A stretch of 63,886 nt of DNA, the filler included, from Octopus bimaculoides (lineage: Eukaryota), in NCBI RefSeq assembly GCF_001194135.2. It is 6 parts of 5 records of this genome, joined end to end, with 100 filler letters (N's around TTAATTAATTAA, not from the genome) between each part and the next. Parts side by side here need not be neighbours in the genome. Positions count along the whole stretch, not along the records: positions 53,633 to 63,886 come from NC_069000.1; 5 more parts are not named here. One strand, given 5' to 3'. Below the pieces are notes generated by a model. The model searched no databases. It had not been told where the DNA came from and saw only the letters and a program-made list of their open reading frames with translations. Below, in pieces: positions 62,615 to 63,886 of this stretch. Position numbers and translations under genes: made by a program. How positions within the stretch are numbered: the stretch's first letter is position 1; each line of letters begins with the position of its first letter.

Positions 62615-63241
62615 GTGTGTGTGTGTGTGTATGTGTGTGTGTGTGTGTGGAGATAACGTCAAAGAACCAGCAATGTCTGCTAGGATGTATTTGTGTATAT
62701 GTATATGAATTTATATTCATTTCCTTGTGATGATGTTAGATGTTAAATGGCGTACTTTTTACACGTTGTAGCTGATATGTTGCAAATCCAATAGCTTCTG
62801 ACAGAAACTGGCTGAGGAATCTTTTTTTTTGCTTAGTTTTTGTTGCCAGACGTACATGGATGTAGTAACAGCGATGATGGAGAGCACACTGCAAACGTCT
62901 TTTCGTACTTGTTCTAGTAGTGTTCGTTACGCGACCGTTCTTGCTTTGTTTCTAACATAAAAAAAAAAAAAAACACAACAAAAATTAAAATATATATATC
63001 CGACTAGGGATGATTGAAGGGTCATTTTATTCCATTGCCATCTGTTGTTAAGTTCGTCTAACAGATACTATTTTCATTTCAGCTAAATAAGAAAAAAGAA
63101 ATACAAACGGAACCAAACAAAACAAAACAAAATACATTCAGTAAATGGCTTTCACCAAACACAAGCTTTAATATCTTCTTTTACAAAGATAACATTTACT
63201 ATCTGCCTTGGAATCCAGTGTTACAAGATCGTCTGAATAAC

Positions 63242-63285
<44 letters not shown>

Positions 63286-63289
63286 TGAT

Positions 63290-63550
63290 AGTACCAGTTA
63301 CTGGTTCTCATGGATTCTGATGTTATCGTGTGCATTGCTTTGTCTTGGTATAAAAGATGGGCTACAGCAAATATTCTGCTCAATACTACAAATTTGCTTG
63401 TCAGTTGTTTGACCTTAACCAGTTGAGCATGTCCCTTAGTGGCTGACGATATATGCGTCTCTGATCACGAGCAGAAGTAGTGGAAGAGCAGCATAGCCAT
63501 GTGTTGAGAGTAATTATTTGTGGTTTGAATAATTCAGCTCTGGAAACTTG
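63290..63550. mobile_element. Family E repeat, partial
   Basis: Homologous to 43180-43450; follows (AAT)n. Confidence 0.78.
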
Positions 63551-63574
63551 CTGTAGTCACAATGCCTGAAATTT

Positions 63575-63762
63575 GTGGGGCGGGGACTAGCCGATTATAT
63601 CGACCCCAGTGATTCACTGGTAAATTAATTTATCGACCCTGAAAGGATGAAAGGCAAAGTCGACTTCGGTGGAATTTGAACTCAGAACGTAGTGAGAGAA
63701 AGACGAAATACCGCTAGGCATTTTGCACGGTGTGCTAACGATTCTGCCACCTCACCACCTAA
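63575..63762 (-). mobile_element. SINE family B
   Basis: GAAAGGATGAAAGGCAAAGTCGAC...TTCTGCCACCTCACCACCT. Confidence 0.88.
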
Positions 63763-63783
63763 ATAATAATAATGATAATAATA

Positions 63784-63827
<44 letters not shown>

Positions 63828-63886
63828 CATGATCGTTTTTTTATTGGCCACAAGGGTCGAACACAAAACAAATAGGAACAATACAA

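Noticed and set aside
53000-63886. Further POLR1A exons
   Set aside because: No RPA1-like peptide found in any frame; a scaffold join at 53533 breaks continuity

Overview
AT-rich, repeat-dense animal genomic DNA with many N gaps. The SINE families suggest an octopod cephalopod, but that is inferred from repeats only. Five 100-bp spacers (44 N + TTAATTAATTAA + 44 N) are artificial joins, so the window is six pieces of unproven order and orientation. The only host gene I recognise is the 5' end of the RNA polymerase I largest subunit (POLR1A/RPA1): three coding exons at 51642-52829, with no later exons found. The rest is mobile DNA: Tx1/L1, RTE, R4/Dong-like and Hero/NeSL-like LINE relics, a Helitron fragment abutting a mariner relic, a Tigger-like element, several MITEs, about 30 tRNA-headed SINE copies and microsatellites. 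The main finding is four distinct repeat families carrying minimal Penelope-type hammerhead ribozyme folds. One family also carries a Pol III tRNA-like head, and one copy (55685-55727) has a fully canonical core. Also notable: an RTE LINE with a twin-priming-type 5' inversion and a 14-bp TSD, a LINE 3' end resembling a SINE tail, and orphan promoter-like and exon-like blocks at 20.7-24.5 kb. All calls are by eye; no searches or folding programs were run.
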